Source: Defluviitaleaceae bacterium (GTDB lineage Bacteria > Bacillota > Clostridia > Lachnospirales > WQUN01). From it: a DNA stretch of 64,000 nucleotides. Location of the stretch: assembly GCA_009780585.1 (NCBI GenBank), contig WQZS01000014.1:227-64226 (forward strand), in the 5' to 3' direction. The notes under the pieces are model-generated. The model was not told where the DNA came from and searched no databases. It saw nothing but the letters and a program-made list of their open reading frames with translations. Below are positions 1 to 9,701 of this stretch, piece after piece; the stretch's first letter is position 1, and each line of letters starts with the position of its first letter. Both the position numbers and the translations under genes were made by a program.

Positions 1-1
1 C

Positions 2-1297
2 TGCGCGAAATGCCCCATAAACATCCACGGCGGAACCTGCCGCGGTTGCTTTTCGTCCGCGGTATCATCCATGGAAATTGTGCAATACTATGAAAACGGG
101 GAGGATTTCGCCCCGCGTCCGCGCGAAGGGTACGGCATCGCGCTGGACATCGGCACGACCACGCTGGCGTTTGAATTATTTGATTTAACCGACGGCAAAC
201 GCCTCGCGGCGTATTCATCGGCCAACAGCCAGCGGGAATACGGGGCCGACGTGATCACGCGCATCAAACGCGCCGCGCAGGGAGCGGCGGGTACGCTCCA
301 TACGTATATAATAGAAGATATCCGCAACGGGGTTGCGCGGTTGCTTGCGCAAACGGGCGTGCCCGCAAGCGAAGTACGCGATATGACCGCCGCGGGCAAC
401 ACCACCATGCTTCATTTGCTGCATGATTGGCCGTGCGATACGCTGGGCGTATACCCCTTTACCCCGGTAAAAATCGGGAGTCATAATACACGCTTCGCCT
501 TCCTGCCCAACTGCGGGGTGCTGACCCTGCCGGGTATTTCGGTTTTTGTGGGGGCGGATATCACGGCGGGTATATACTTCCTTGGCGGGATGAAGGACGA
601 AACCTGCCTTTTCATCGACCTCGGCACCAACGGCGAAATGGCGCTGGTACGCCAAGGTAAAATATTTACCGCGTCCGCGGCGGCGGGGCCTGCTTTCGAA
701 GCGGGCAATATTTCGCAGGGGGTCGCTTCGGTTGAAGGGGCGATCACTTGTGCCCTATTAGGGCACAAGTTAAATAAATTCGATTACAAGACCATCGGCG
801 GCGTGCCCCCCATCGGTATATGCGGTACGGGTGTGGTGGATATCATGGCGGAGCTTGTGCGCCGCGGAATGGTTGACGAAACGGGTCGGCTGTCAAGCGG
901 CTTCCCCGATAAACGCGTGGAAATCGCGCCCGATATATTCTTCACCCAAGGCGACGTACGCGAAGTACAATTGGCGAAGTCCGCCGTACGCGCGGGGATA
1001 GAAATACTCTTGCAATCGGCCGGTTGTACCCCCGATGATATCAACCGCGTATGCTTGGCCGGGGGGTTCGGCTACCGCATCAATATCGGCAACGCCGAAA
1101 CGATCGGGCTTTTGCCCAAAGGCTTGGCGGAAAAAACACATGCCGTGGGCAACGCGGCCCTCGGTGGCGCGGCCAAGTCGCTTTTAACCGCCGACCTTGC
1201 GGGTGCCGAAGCAATCGCCGCGCGGGCCGTTGAAGTCAACCTTGCCGCGCACCCCGCGTTCAACGATTTATTTATGGAATATATGATGTTTTCATAA
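2..1297 (+). CDS. ASKHA-fold ATPase domain protein (DUF4445 / corrinoid-activase C-terminal-like), 5' end cut by window edge
   Basis: ORF track 71..1297. Phosphate-loop-like motifs GIALDIGTTT and DLGTNGEM are present. The frame stays open from Met71 back to nt 2 and encodes a Cys-rich stretch (CAKCPINIHGGTCRGC), so the true start is probably off-window. Confidence 0.6.
   Translation, partial: CAKCPINIHGGTCRGCFSSAVSSMEIVQYYENGEDFAPRPREGYGIALDIGTTTLAFELFDLTDGKRLAAYSSANSQREYGADVITRIKRAAQGAAGTLHTYIIEDIRNGVARLLAQTGVPASEVRDMTAAGNTTMLHLLHDWPCDTLGVYPFTPVKIGSHNTRFAFLPNCGVLTLPGISVFVGADITAGIYFLGGMKDETCLFIDLGTNGEMALVRQGKIFTASAAAGPAFEAGNISQGVASVEGAITCALLGHKLNKFDYKTIGGVPPIGICGTGVVDIMAELVRRGMVDETGRLSSGFPDKRVEIAPDIFFTQGDVREVQLAKSAVRAGIEILLQSAGCTPDDINRVCLAGGFGYRINIGNAETIGLLPKGLAEKTHAVGNAALGGAAKSLLTADLAGAEAIAARAVEVNLAAHPAFNDLFMEYMMFS
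746..770. repeat. 25-nt perfect palindrome ACTTGTGCCCTA-T-TAGGGCACAAGT lying inside the CDS (copy P-1)
   Basis: Read directly from the sequence: 12+1+12 nt, translated in frame as TCALLGHK. A second copy lies at 20049-20075. Confidence 0.85.
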
Positions 1298-1311
1298 GGG
1301 AGGGTAAATCC

Positions 1312-1833
1312 ATGGCGGAAATCCGCGAAACGCTGGTTAATTTCACCAAAAACGCGAGCAAGACGACGGGTGACCTCATCAAAACCGCGAAGCTGAACAT
1401 TTCGTTGACGAGCGAGCAGGCGACCATCAAGAACCTCTATACCGAAATCGGTAAAAAAGTCCACGAAATCTACCAATACGGCGGTACGCTGGGTAAATTC
1501 TTCGACGAAAAGTACCTCGAACTGGAAGCCGCCGAACGCAAGATCGCGGAGATCAAGGAACAAATCGCCGTCATCAAGGGTATACGCGAATGTCCCAAAT
1601 GCGGCAAAAACGCGGAACGCGGCGCGGAATTCTGCCCCAAATGCGGCATACGGCTGGAAGCGGCGGCAATGGCGGAAGCCCCGCCCGCCGAGGCTTTTAT
1701 CCCGGATGCCCAATCCCCTGCCTCCAATTCAAAACCCCCCGCTCACGGCCCCCAACGCGCTTGCCGCGTATGCGGCGCGTCGAATGACGCGGACACTAAG
1801 TTTTGCCTTTTTTGCGGAAGAATAGTAGACTAA
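1312..1833 (+). CDS. zinc-ribbon domain protein with N-terminal coiled-coil region
   Basis: Two CxxC-N-CxxC ribbons (CPKCGKNAERGAEFCPKCG; CRVCGASNDADTKFCLFCG). A GGGAGGG RBS lies upstream. Confidence 0.65.
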   Translation: MAEIRETLVNFTKNASKTTGDLIKTAKLNISLTSEQATIKNLYTEIGKKVHEIYQYGGTLGKFFDEKYLELEAAERKIAEIKEQIAVIKGIRECPKCGKNAERGAEFCPKCGIRLEAAAMAEAPPAEAFIPDAQSPASNSKPPAHGPQRACRVCGASNDADTKFCLFCGRIVD

Positions 1834-1863
1834 AGGTATTCAAGTAAAAGCGAGGTTTTAACC

Positions 1864-2364
1864 ATGCTTTGTGAAAAATGCAAAAAGAACGCCGCCACGG
1901 TGCATATGCAGCAATTCATCGGCGGCAGTAAAACGGAGATACACCTCTGCCAGCAATGCTCGTTTAAAATGGAAATGCCCATTTCCTTCGAGAATATCTT
2001 CCAAGGCTTTCTTACTTCCTTGCAATCCATGACCGCCAACCGCCCGGCGCGAGTGCCCACCAACCCCTGCGAACGATGCGGCATGACCTACGAACAGTTC
2101 AAATCGGCGGGCAAATTGGGGTGCGAAGCCTGTTATCAAGTCTTCGCCAAGGAAATTGAGGCGCTTTTCAAGAACGTGCAAGGCTCGACCCGCCACGAGG
2201 GTAAGTTCCCGCAGCGGTTGGGCGCGGATTTGCGCGCGCGTCGTGAGGCCGACCAACTGCGCCGCCAACTCAAGGACGCCGTGGACGCCGAAAACTATGA
2301 GGACGCTGCCAAACTGCGGGACCAAATCCGCGCGCTGGAAGCCCCCAAGGAGGCCCGGGCATGA
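1864..2364 (+). CDS. mcsA: protein arginine kinase activator McsA
   Basis: N-terminal Cys pairs (CEKC..CQQC, CERC..CEAC) and a C-terminal UVR-like motif (ENYEDAAKLRDQI). It sits directly upstream of mcsB-clpC with a 4-nt overlap. Confidence 0.8.
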   Translation: MLCEKCKKNAATVHMQQFIGGSKTEIHLCQQCSFKMEMPISFENIFQGFLTSLQSMTANRPARVPTNPCERCGMTYEQFKSAGKLGCEACYQVFAKEIEALFKNVQGSTRHEGKFPQRLGADLRARREADQLRRQLKDAVDAENYEDAAKLRDQIRALEAPKEARA

Positions 2365-3368
2365 ATCATCCCTGGTTCACCTCGGAGCAAACCGACGTCA
2401 ACCCCATCCTATCCTCGCGCATACGGCTCGCCCGCAACCTGCGCAAATACCCCTTCCAACAAAAATTAAACGCCCCCAACGCCGCCTACATGATACAGGA
2501 AATGCAGGAGGCGATTTCCGTATTTCACAAGCTGGACATGCAAAACCTGAGCGAAGCCGAACAAAAGGTCTTTTTGGAAAAGCATATCATTTCGCCCGAA
2601 TTCCTGCGCGGCACGCTGCCCCGCGGTTTAATGATCAGCGACGATCAGAACCTCTCCGTCATGCTTAACGAGGAGGACCATATCCGCATCCAATCCATGC
2701 AGGCGGGCGACGCGCTGGCCGAAGCGTTGTCGGCGGCCAACAAATTGGACGACCTCATTGAGGAACGCATGGAATACGCCTTCCACCCCGAATACGGCTA
2801 CTTGACCGCTTGCCCCACCAATACCGGTACGGGCTTGCGCGCTTCCTATATGATCCACCTCCCCTTTTTGGAGCGGACGGACCAGTTCAAATCCCTGCTG
2901 CCGATCATTTCGAAGTTCGGCATTACCCTGCGCGGCATCTACGGCGAAGGGACGGAGTCGATGGGCGGTATTTATCAGATTTCCAACCAAACCACCATGG
3001 GTAAAACCGAGGAGGAAATTATCCAGGTCTTGCAAAATATGACCATCAAGGTCATGGAACACGAAGCGCAGGCGCGGGACAAAATGCTGGGCACGCACCG
3101 CGCCGACCAGGAGAATATGGTGTACCGCGCGTACGGCGTATTGGCTTACAGCCGTAAAATCACCGCCAAGGAAGCGATGGATTTGCTTTCCGAAGTCCGC
3201 CTGGGATATTTGTATAACCTGCTGGACAAACCCAAGCCCGCCAAGCAAATCTACCAAATTATGATGGAAATCCAACCCGGCCACCTGCAACGCATCGCCG
3301 GACGGGAAATGGACGAAACCGACCGCGATTACGCGCGGGCGGAATATTTGAGAGAAATATTCAATTAG
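2361..3368 (+). CDS. mcsB: protein arginine kinase McsB (ATP:guanido phosphotransferase)
   Basis: Guanido-kinase signature CPTNTGTGLRASYMIHLP and the mcsA-mcsB-clpC gene order. Confidence 0.9.
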   Translation: MNHPWFTSEQTDVNPILSSRIRLARNLRKYPFQQKLNAPNAAYMIQEMQEAISVFHKLDMQNLSEAEQKVFLEKHIISPEFLRGTLPRGLMISDDQNLSVMLNEEDHIRIQSMQAGDALAEALSAANKLDDLIEERMEYAFHPEYGYLTACPTNTGTGLRASYMIHLPFLERTDQFKSLLPIISKFGITLRGIYGEGTESMGGIYQISNQTTMGKTEEEIIQVLQNMTIKVMEHEAQARDKMLGTHRADQENMVYRAYGVLAYSRKITAKEAMDLLSEVRLGYLYNLLDKPKPAKQIYQIMMEIQPGHLQRIAGREMDETDRDYARAEYLREIFN

Positions 3369-3377
3369 GAGGAACCA

Positions 3378-5846
3378 ATGAAAGGACCTTTTACAGAGAA
3401 GGCACGCCGTGCTATCCAAAACGCGCAGGATTCCGCCGCCGCGATGGGGCAGTCCTATGTGGGCACCGAGCATATATTACTGGGCCTGGCGCAGACCCAC
3501 GACGGCGTCGCCGCCAAGGCGTTGCAAAACCAAGGCGTTTCGCCCGACGATATCAAGAAACGCATCGAAGGGGCGGGCATCGCCCAGCAGGGTATGCCCG
3601 GTGCCGTGCCGCAGGACTTCACCCCCCGCGCCAAACGTATTTTTGAATTAAGCAAGCAGGAATCCGCGCGGATGCATACGAATTATATCGGTACGGAGCA
3701 TCTGCTTATTTCTTTGTTAAAGGAGCATGAGGGCGCGGCACTCCGCATCCTCGCTGACCTTTCGTGCAATATACAAAAATTGTACGACGATATGATGCTG
3801 ATGCTGGGCGGCAACCAACCGGCCCACCAAGGGCATCCGCATCCCGGTCAACCCTTCCCCATGAACCCCAACGTCTTGAAGCAAACCAAGAACAACACGC
3901 CCACGCTCGACCGCTTTAGCCGCGACTTTACGCAAATGGCGCGGGAAGGTAAGTTCGACCCCATCGTGGGGCGCGCGAAGGAAACCGAGCGCGTGATCCA
4001 AATCCTGACCCGCCGCACGAAGAATAACCCCTGCCTGGTGGGCGACCCCGGTGTGGGCAAAACCGCCATCGCCGAAGGGCTTGCCCAGCGGATCGTGTCG
4101 GGTGACGTACCCGAACCCGTGAAGGACAAGCGCGTCGTTCAACTGGATTTACCGGGCATGGTGGCGGGGACGAAATACCGCGGCGAATTCGAGGAGCGCA
4201 TCAAGCGCGTCGTGCAGGAAGTCACCACCAACCCGAACGTAATGCTGTTCATCGACGAGTTGCACACGCTCATCGGCGCGGGGGGCGCGGAGGGTGCGCT
4301 GGACGCGGCGAATATCTTAAAACCGTCGCTCGCGCGGGGCGAAATGCAGGTCATCGGCGCGACTACGCTGGACGAATACCGTAAGCACATCGAAAAGGAC
4401 GCGGCGTTGGAAAGGCGCTTCCAACCCGTGATGGTGGACGAGCCTACGGAAGAAGAAGCCATCGAAATCCTGCGCGGTATCCGCGATAAATATGAAGCGC
4501 ACCACAGCGTAAAGATAACGGACGAAGCACTTGAAGCGTCGGTGCGGTTATCGGCGCGTTACGTTTCCGACCGATTCCTGCCGGACAAGGCGATCGATTT
4601 GCTGGACGAAACCTGCTCAAAGGTACGCTTGCGTTCCTATACCGCGCCGCCCAACATCAAGTCGTTGCAAGAGCAAATCACGGAATTGGACGCGGAAAAG
4701 GAAGCCGCGATTAAAACAGAGGAATTCGAAAAAGCGGGTTTGCTCAAACAAAAGCAAAACGCCGTCAAGAAGCAATTGGAGGACGCGCAATCCGATTGGA
4801 AAGCGGCCAACACCAAGTCCCACCACGAAGTCAACGCGGACGAAATCGCGGACGTCTTAGCCGCCACCACAGGCATCCCCGTCAAACGCTTGCAACAGGA
4901 GGAAGGCAAACGCCTGATGGAAATGGAGGCCACGATACACAAGCGTATCATCGGCCAGGACGCGGCCGTTACCACCGTTTCCAAGGCGATACGGCGGGGG
5001 CGCGTGGGCTTGAAGAACCCGGCGCGGCCCATCGGTTCGTTCCTTTTCCTCGGCCCCACGGGCGTAGGCAAAACGCACTTGTGCCGCGCGTTGGCGGAAA
5101 TCCTTTTCGGCGACGAAAACGCCATCATCCGCGTGGATATGTCGGAGTTTATGGAAAAACACAACGTTTCGCGGCTGATCGGCTCCCCCCCGGGGTACAT
5201 CGGCTACGACGAGGGCGGGCAATTTACCGACCGCGTACGCCGCAAGCCCTACTCCGTCATCCTATTCGACGAGGTGGAGAAAGCGCACCCCGACGTATTT
5301 AACGTCTTGCTCCAAGTCCTGGACGAAGGCCACATCACCGACGCGCAGGGGCGTAAGATCAACTTCAAAAATACCGTGATCATCATGACCTCCAACGCGG
5401 GCGCGCGGCAAATCGTCTCCCCCAAGACGCTGGGGTTCGTGCAGTCGGACGACAAGAACCGCTCCTACGAGGACATGAAAAAGCGCGTAATGGACGAGGT
5501 GAAGAACCTTTTCCGCCCCGAATTCATCAATCGGATCGACGATATCATCGTCTTCCACCCGCTGGGAGAGGACGAGGTAAAAGCCATTACCCGGTTAATG
5601 CTGGACGAAACCGTACAGCGTTCCGCGGATAATTTGGGCGTCACGTTAACCTTCACCGACGCGCTGGTGGAATACATCGCCAAAGACGGCTACGACCAAG
5701 TGTACGGTGCCCGCCCGCTGCGCCGCGCGATACAGACCAAAATCGAGGACGAAATGGCCGAGGATATCCTGCGCGGGCGGTTTAAAGAGGGGGATGAAAT
5801 CACCGTCGATTACGCGGAGGAGAAGGTTGTATTTGTTATGGAATAG
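3378..5846 (+). CDS. clpC: ATP-dependent Clp protease ATP-binding subunit ClpC
   Basis: 822 aa with Clp_N repeats, two Walker A motifs ([16 protein letters not shown]) and a UVR-like linker ([13 protein letters not shown]). Confidence 0.95.
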   Translation: MKGPFTEKARRAIQNAQDSAAAMGQSYVGTEHILLGLAQTHDGVAAKALQNQGVSPDDIKKRIEGAGIAQQGMPGAVPQDFTPRAKRIFELSKQESARMHTNYIGTEHLLISLLKEHEGAALRILADLSCNIQKLYDDMMLMLGGNQPAHQGHPHPGQPFPMNPNVLKQTKNNTPTLDRFSRDFTQMAREGKFDPIVGRAKETERVIQILTRRTKNNPCLVGDPGVGKTAIAEGLAQRIVSGDVPEPVKDKRVVQLDLPGMVAGTKYRGEFEERIKRVVQEVTTNPNVMLFIDELHTLIGAGGAEGALDAANILKPSLARGEMQVIGATTLDEYRKHIEKDAALERRFQPVMVDEPTEEEAIEILRGIRDKYEAHHSVKITDEALEASVRLSARYVSDRFLPDKAIDLLDETCSKVRLRSYTAPPNIKSLQEQITELDAEKEAAIKTEEFEKAGLLKQKQNAVKKQLEDAQSDWKAANTKSHHEVNADEIADVLAATTGIPVKRLQQEEGKRLMEMEATIHKRIIGQDAAVTTVSKAIRRGRVGLKNPARPIGSFLFLGPTGVGKTHLCRALAEILFGDENAIIRVDMSEFMEKHNVSRLIGSPPGYIGYDEGGQFTDRVRRKPYSVILFDEVEKAHPDVFNVLLQVLDEGHITDAQGRKINFKNTVIIMTSNAGARQIVSPKTLGFVQSDDKNRSYEDMKKRVMDEVKNLFRPEFINRIDDIIVFHPLGEDEVKAITRLMLDETVQRSADNLGVTLTFTDALVEYIAKDGYDQVYGARPLRRAIQTKIEDEMAEDILRGRFKEGDEITVDYAEEKVVFVME

Positions 5847-5858
5847 GAGTGATTAGTA

Positions 5859-6116
5859 ATGTTGGTTGCAAATCCTGTCCAAGAAAGCTATGAAATGATT
5901 AGGGAAAAATACGATGGTTTTTGCGTTTTGGTTGTGGAGTGTGATAACGAAAAAATGAATTACGGCACGGGAAAGGTTATCGCCTACCACGAAGACCTGG
6001 CTACCTTGGTAGGGGAAACGATTGAACTTACCGACGGTGATGTGGGCATTTTCAGGTATGATGCGTATACCAATACCGAAAGCGGCGGACCGATTCAGGT
6101 GGTGCATCATGGTTAG
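5859..6116 (+). CDS. hypothetical small protein (85 aa)
   Basis: ORF in a visibly AT-richer block. Its stop overlaps the start of the next ORF by 8 nt (ATGGTTAG), suggesting translational coupling. I recognise no family. Confidence 0.45.
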   Translation: MLVANPVQESYEMIREKYDGFCVLVVECDNEKMNYGTGKVIAYHEDLATLVGETIELTDGDVGIFRYDAYTNTESGGPIQVVHHG

Positions 6117-6624
6117 TACCATCGTATTGCCCTTTGAAATGGATAAGTTAAAAATTTCAACCGAAGTAAAGCTCAAAATAGCGGGGCGAACCAAGCCCGC
6201 TTCCTTTCGCGTTCATTTGGACACGGGAAGCACGGATACCGTCATGTCTTCCCACTTGTTTAAAACGTTGGGCTTTAAAGAGCAAAGCCGCCTCAAAGTC
6301 ACCATAACAGGCATAAACGGTAAAAGCGAAGGGTTCAGCACCATTATCGACAATTTTATAATCGGCGGTGTGGATTTGGGCAAGACGCGGGTTACGGTAT
6401 CCGATGTTTCCCCGGAATTCAAGAATACAATCGTCATGGGTATGAATGTACTTGTGTGGTTTAATATGCTTATATCCTATACAAAAGGGGAAGTAACCCT
6501 CGCGGAACGTCAAATAAAGGAATTGGATAAATCCAGTCGGTTTTACAGGACAGACATTTTTTCCCGTAACGTTCTTGCCGGTATCATGAAGCATGAAAGG
6601 GGGGACGCATGGGCATCCCATTAA
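6109..6624 (+). CDS. retropepsin-like (clan AA) aspartic protease
   Basis: Contains the HLDTGSTDTVMS (DTG) active-site motif and a downstream IVMGMNVL motif typical of retroviral-type aspartyl proteases. I start it at Met30 of track ORF 6022..6624 because that ATG overlaps the upstream stop codon. Confidence 0.6.
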   Translation: MVSTIVLPFEMDKLKISTEVKLKIAGRTKPASFRVHLDTGSTDTVMSSHLFKTLGFKEQSRLKVTITGINGKSEGFSTIIDNFIIGGVDLGKTRVTVSDVSPEFKNTIVMGMNVLVWFNMLISYTKGEVTLAERQIKELDKSSRFYRTDIFSRNVLAGIMKHERGDAWASH

Positions 6625-7883
6625 TATTAAACGTCATTTTCATCATCGCGCCGTTCGTTATTCTAATTGCTTTACTTACGCGAAAGCAAAAATCGCCGCT
6701 TGGGGATATCGCGGAATTATTGAAGCGCGCGACTGACGAACAGCGCAATGAAATAGCGCGGCAAATCGCAGGCGGCGCGACCGAGCAGTTCAACCGCTTC
6801 GGGCTTATTCAAAAAAGTGTGACCGAAACGCTGCAGCTCAACCGGGAGGAAGTGAACAAACGCCTGCGCGAATTTTCCGAGCAGGTAGACACGCGCCTTT
6901 TTTCCATCCAACGCGGCAATACCGAAAATATGGAAAAGGTAACCACCACGCTTGAAAATAAAATGAAATCCTTGCAGGAAAGCAACGAAAAACGCCTGGA
7001 ACAAATGCAAAACGTCGTGGATGAAAAATTGCAAAAAACCCTGGAAACGCGCCTGTCGCAGTCCTTCGAGCTGGTCAGCAAACAGCTTGAAAACGTGCAG
7101 CAGGGCTTGGGCGAAATGAAGAACCTCGCCGCCGACGCTAAGAGCCTAAAAAACGCCCTAACCAACGTAAAGGAACGCGGCACCTACGGCGAAGTACGCT
7201 TGGAAAAACTCCTTTCCGACATCCTCGCGCCCGCGCAATATGAGGTCAACGCCGAAATCACGAGCGGCAGGCGCGTGGAATTCGCGATCAAGCTGCCCGG
7301 CAACGGCGACATACCGCTGCTGCTTCCCATCGATTCCAAGTTCCCTATCGAGGATTATAACCGCTTGCTGGACGCGGAAGACAAAACCGCCATCGACGAA
7401 GCGCGTAAGTCCTTGGCGCGGCAACTGCGCGAATCGGCGAAGATGATTCACGACAAGTACATCGCACCACCCAAGACGACGGACTTCGCGCTCATGTTCC
7501 TCCCAACGGAGGGGCTGTACGCCGAAGTGGTGCAGAACGCCGCGCTCTTTGAGGAGCTGCGCGACAAATACCGCGTGACGGCGGTGGGGGCGACGACCCT
7601 TTCCGCGTTCCTTTCATCGCTCCAAATGGGCTTCAAAACCCTCGCCATCGAGCAACGCTCACAGGAGGTTTGGGACACGCTGCGCGCGGTGAAGGCGGAG
7701 TTCGGCAAGTTCGGCGACATCCTCGACCGGGCGCAGAAGCAAATCCAAACGGCGGACAAAACGCTGGAGGAAATCGTCGGACGGCGCACGCGGGCGATAA
7801 ACAAGACCTTGCGGACGGTCGGGGATATGACCGGAAATATACCGTTATTGGAAGCATCGGAAGATGATGGGGATGAATGGTAG
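6609..7883 (+). CDS. rmuC: DNA recombination protein RmuC
   Basis: N-terminal TM helix, a long coiled coil, and a C-terminal block (GTYGEVRLEKLL...FALMFLPTEGLY) typical of RmuC. Confidence 0.8.
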   Translation: MGIPLILNVIFIIAPFVILIALLTRKQKSPLGDIAELLKRATDEQRNEIARQIAGGATEQFNRFGLIQKSVTETLQLNREEVNKRLREFSEQVDTRLFSIQRGNTENMEKVTTTLENKMKSLQESNEKRLEQMQNVVDEKLQKTLETRLSQSFELVSKQLENVQQGLGEMKNLAADAKSLKNALTNVKERGTYGEVRLEKLLSDILAPAQYEVNAEITSGRRVEFAIKLPGNGDIPLLLPIDSKFPIEDYNRLLDAEDKTAIDEARKSLARQLRESAKMIHDKYIAPPKTTDFALMFLPTEGLYAEVVQNAALFEELRDKYRVTAVGATTLSAFLSSLQMGFKTLAIEQRSQEVWDTLRAVKAEFGKFGDILDRAQKQIQTADKTLEEIVGRRTRAINKTLRTVGDMTGNIPLLEASEDDGDEW

Positions 7884-7964
7884 GTTATTAATAAATTTAT
7901 TATTAATTTGTCTAAATATATAAAAAAATGATTTAAAAAGGATTTGAAAAATCATGAAAGGTTT

Positions 7965-7993
7965 TTGACTGCACAAACCCCATTTGATATAGT
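7965..7993 (+). promoter_or_regulatory. sigma-70-type promoter candidate for pth
   Basis: TTGACT, 17-nt spacer, TATAGT, about 30 nt upstream of the pth start in an AT-rich intergenic region. Confidence 0.5.
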
Positions 7994-8022
7994 ATGCGCG
8001 AACATCCTATTATTCCCAAAGG

Positions 8023-8622
8023 ATGATGCCTTTGCGAATCATCGTAGGGCTGGGTAACCCCGGTCAAGCGTACGAAGGAACGAGGCATAACGTAGGCTTC
8101 GAATGTATTGACAAGCTGTGTTACGACTTCGAAGTAAAGACCAAGCAAAACCGCCGCTTCCGCGCCATTGTCGGCGAGGGGAAAATAGCGGGGACACAGG
8201 TACTGCTCGTTCAACCGCAAACTTATATGAACCTCAGCGGCGAAGCGGTGCAAGCCATTTTAAAATTCTATAAATTACCCCCAACGGAATTAATCGTCGT
8301 GTACGACGACGCCGCGCTTCCGGTGGGGGATATTCGCGTGCGCGAGCGGGGCAGTTCGGGCGGGCAAAAAGGCATGGAAAATATCATCGCGTTATTAAAA
8401 ACCGATGAAATTACCCGCGTACGCATCGGCGTGGGCGCGAAGCCCGAGGGATGGGACTTGGCTGATTATGTGCTGAGCCGCTTCAAGCGGGAAGAATGGG
8501 ATGGTTTTATCCAAGGCGTGACGCTGGCGGGGGACGCTGTCGCGTGTATATTAAAAGAGGGAACGCAAGCGGCGATGAACCAATTCAATAAAAAAACGAA
8601 ACGGGGAGAAGAAACGGAATGA
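8023..8622 (+). CDS. pth: peptidyl-tRNA hydrolase
   Basis: IVGLGNPGQAYEGTRHNVGF N-terminal signature; conserved position upstream of mfd. Confidence 0.92.
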   Translation: MMPLRIIVGLGNPGQAYEGTRHNVGFECIDKLCYDFEVKTKQNRRFRAIVGEGKIAGTQVLLVQPQTYMNLSGEAVQAILKFYKLPPTELIVVYDDAALPVGDIRVRERGSSGGQKGMENIIALLKTDEITRVRIGVGAKPEGWDLADYVLSRFKREEWDGFIQGVTLAGDAVACILKEGTQAAMNQFNKKTKRGEETE

Positions 8623-9701
8623 AAACAAGGATTTTGTTAACCGTATGCATCTTGCTATTTTTGGCGGGTTTCGGCGCGTGTTCACGCACACGGGAGGATC
8701 ATACCCCCGCATCTGTAAACCCGACCGCAACGCCTGCGGTGGTCGCTGTTACGCCGTCGGATTCCGGCGGAGACCCCTCCGAACCCCCCGCCATACCCGC
8801 AAATACGGGCAGCGGTATCCACGGCGCCATCCACCGCGTCACGTACGGCGAAAATACGGCGTACATCTTCGGCACCATCCACGGGGGTATGCCCGATTGG
8901 TTCCCGCTGGCGGACGCCGTGGAGGATGCCTTGCGCCGCGCGGACATCGTGCTTGTGGAGGTCGATGAAATCGGGCTTTCTCCCGAAGCCATGATGGATG
9001 CGGTAATGGGCGCGATATTTTTACCTGACGGCTTGACTTGGGTTGATTTTCTGCCGGAGGAACATTATAACCACATGGTGGAAATGATGGACGCCTGGGG
9101 CGTTTTCTATAGCGACGTGAATACCATGAACCCGTCATACCTCGTATGGCAATTGACCATGAGCATCGCGATAAGTCTGTCGAGCCTCGATGTAGGCATT
9201 GAGGCAAGCGTTGACAGTTATATCGCGTCCGTGGCGGCGCAGCGGGGCTTACCCGTCATCGGGCTGGAACCCATCGAACAGCAACTGGACATCCTGTACA
9301 ACCCACCCCTTGAGGTTGTGCTGGCGATGATTATGCACCTGCATCCGCCGGACGTTATGGTGGAGGATTTCCTGGAAAGCGGCGAGCTGACCCTTGACGA
9401 AATGGCGTATTACTATGCAGCCAACGATTTCGCACCCATTAACGAAAGTTTCGCTATTATCGTTGATTTTGACTGCCCTTATTTGGTGTATATGCGGGAA
9501 GTGGTCATGGATTGGCGTTCCACTTTCTACGCGAACGAAATTATTCGCTTGCTGCGCGAGACGGAGGAGCCGACGACGTTCTTCGCGGCGGTGGGATTGT
9601 CCCACGTCATCCGTTCGGGCGCGCACGAATTGTTCACGGACATCATCGAGCAATTGACCCTTGCGGGCTTCCATCCCGTGCCGATTTGGGAACAACGATG
9701 A
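8619..9701 (+). CDS. TraB/GumN family lipoprotein
   Basis: Lipobox LLFLAGFGAC and the FGTIHGG motif typical of TraB/GumN. ATGA overlaps with both pth and mfd. Confidence 0.6.
   Translation: MKTRILLTVCILLFLAGFGACSRTREDHTPASVNPTATPAVVAVTPSDSGGDPSEPPAIPANTGSGIHGAIHRVTYGENTAYIFGTIHGGMPDWFPLADAVEDALRRADIVLVEVDEIGLSPEAMMDAVMGAIFLPDGLTWVDFLPEEHYNHMVEMMDAWGVFYSDVNTMNPSYLVWQLTMSIAISLSSLDVGIEASVDSYIASVAAQRGLPVIGLEPIEQQLDILYNPPLEVVLAMIMHLHPPDVMVEDFLESGELTLDEMAYYYAANDFAPINESFAIIVDFDCPYLVYMREVVMDWRSTFYANEIIRLLRETEEPTTFFAAVGLSHVIRSGAHELFTDIIEQLTLAGFHPVPIWEQR

Noticed and set aside
7884-7960. AT-rich quasi-palindromic stretch (TTATTAATAAATTTATTATTAATTT) after rmuC.
   Set aside because: Low-complexity AT-rich intergenic DNA upstream of the pth promoter, with no defined repeat unit or structure beyond composition.
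9512-9697. N-terminal extensions proposed by the longest-ORF track (mfd 9512, WYL regulator 14050, lysA 18800, QueG-like 20268, hypothetical 40969, SBP 45039, ABC ATPase 47016, blaI-like 54828, lipoprotein 56538, hemerythrin 61606, rsmD 62218).
   Set aside because: In each case an internal ATG/TTG has an RBS or an ATGA-type overlap with the upstream stop and gives a family-typical N-terminus. The extension overlaps the preceding gene or intergenic DNA.
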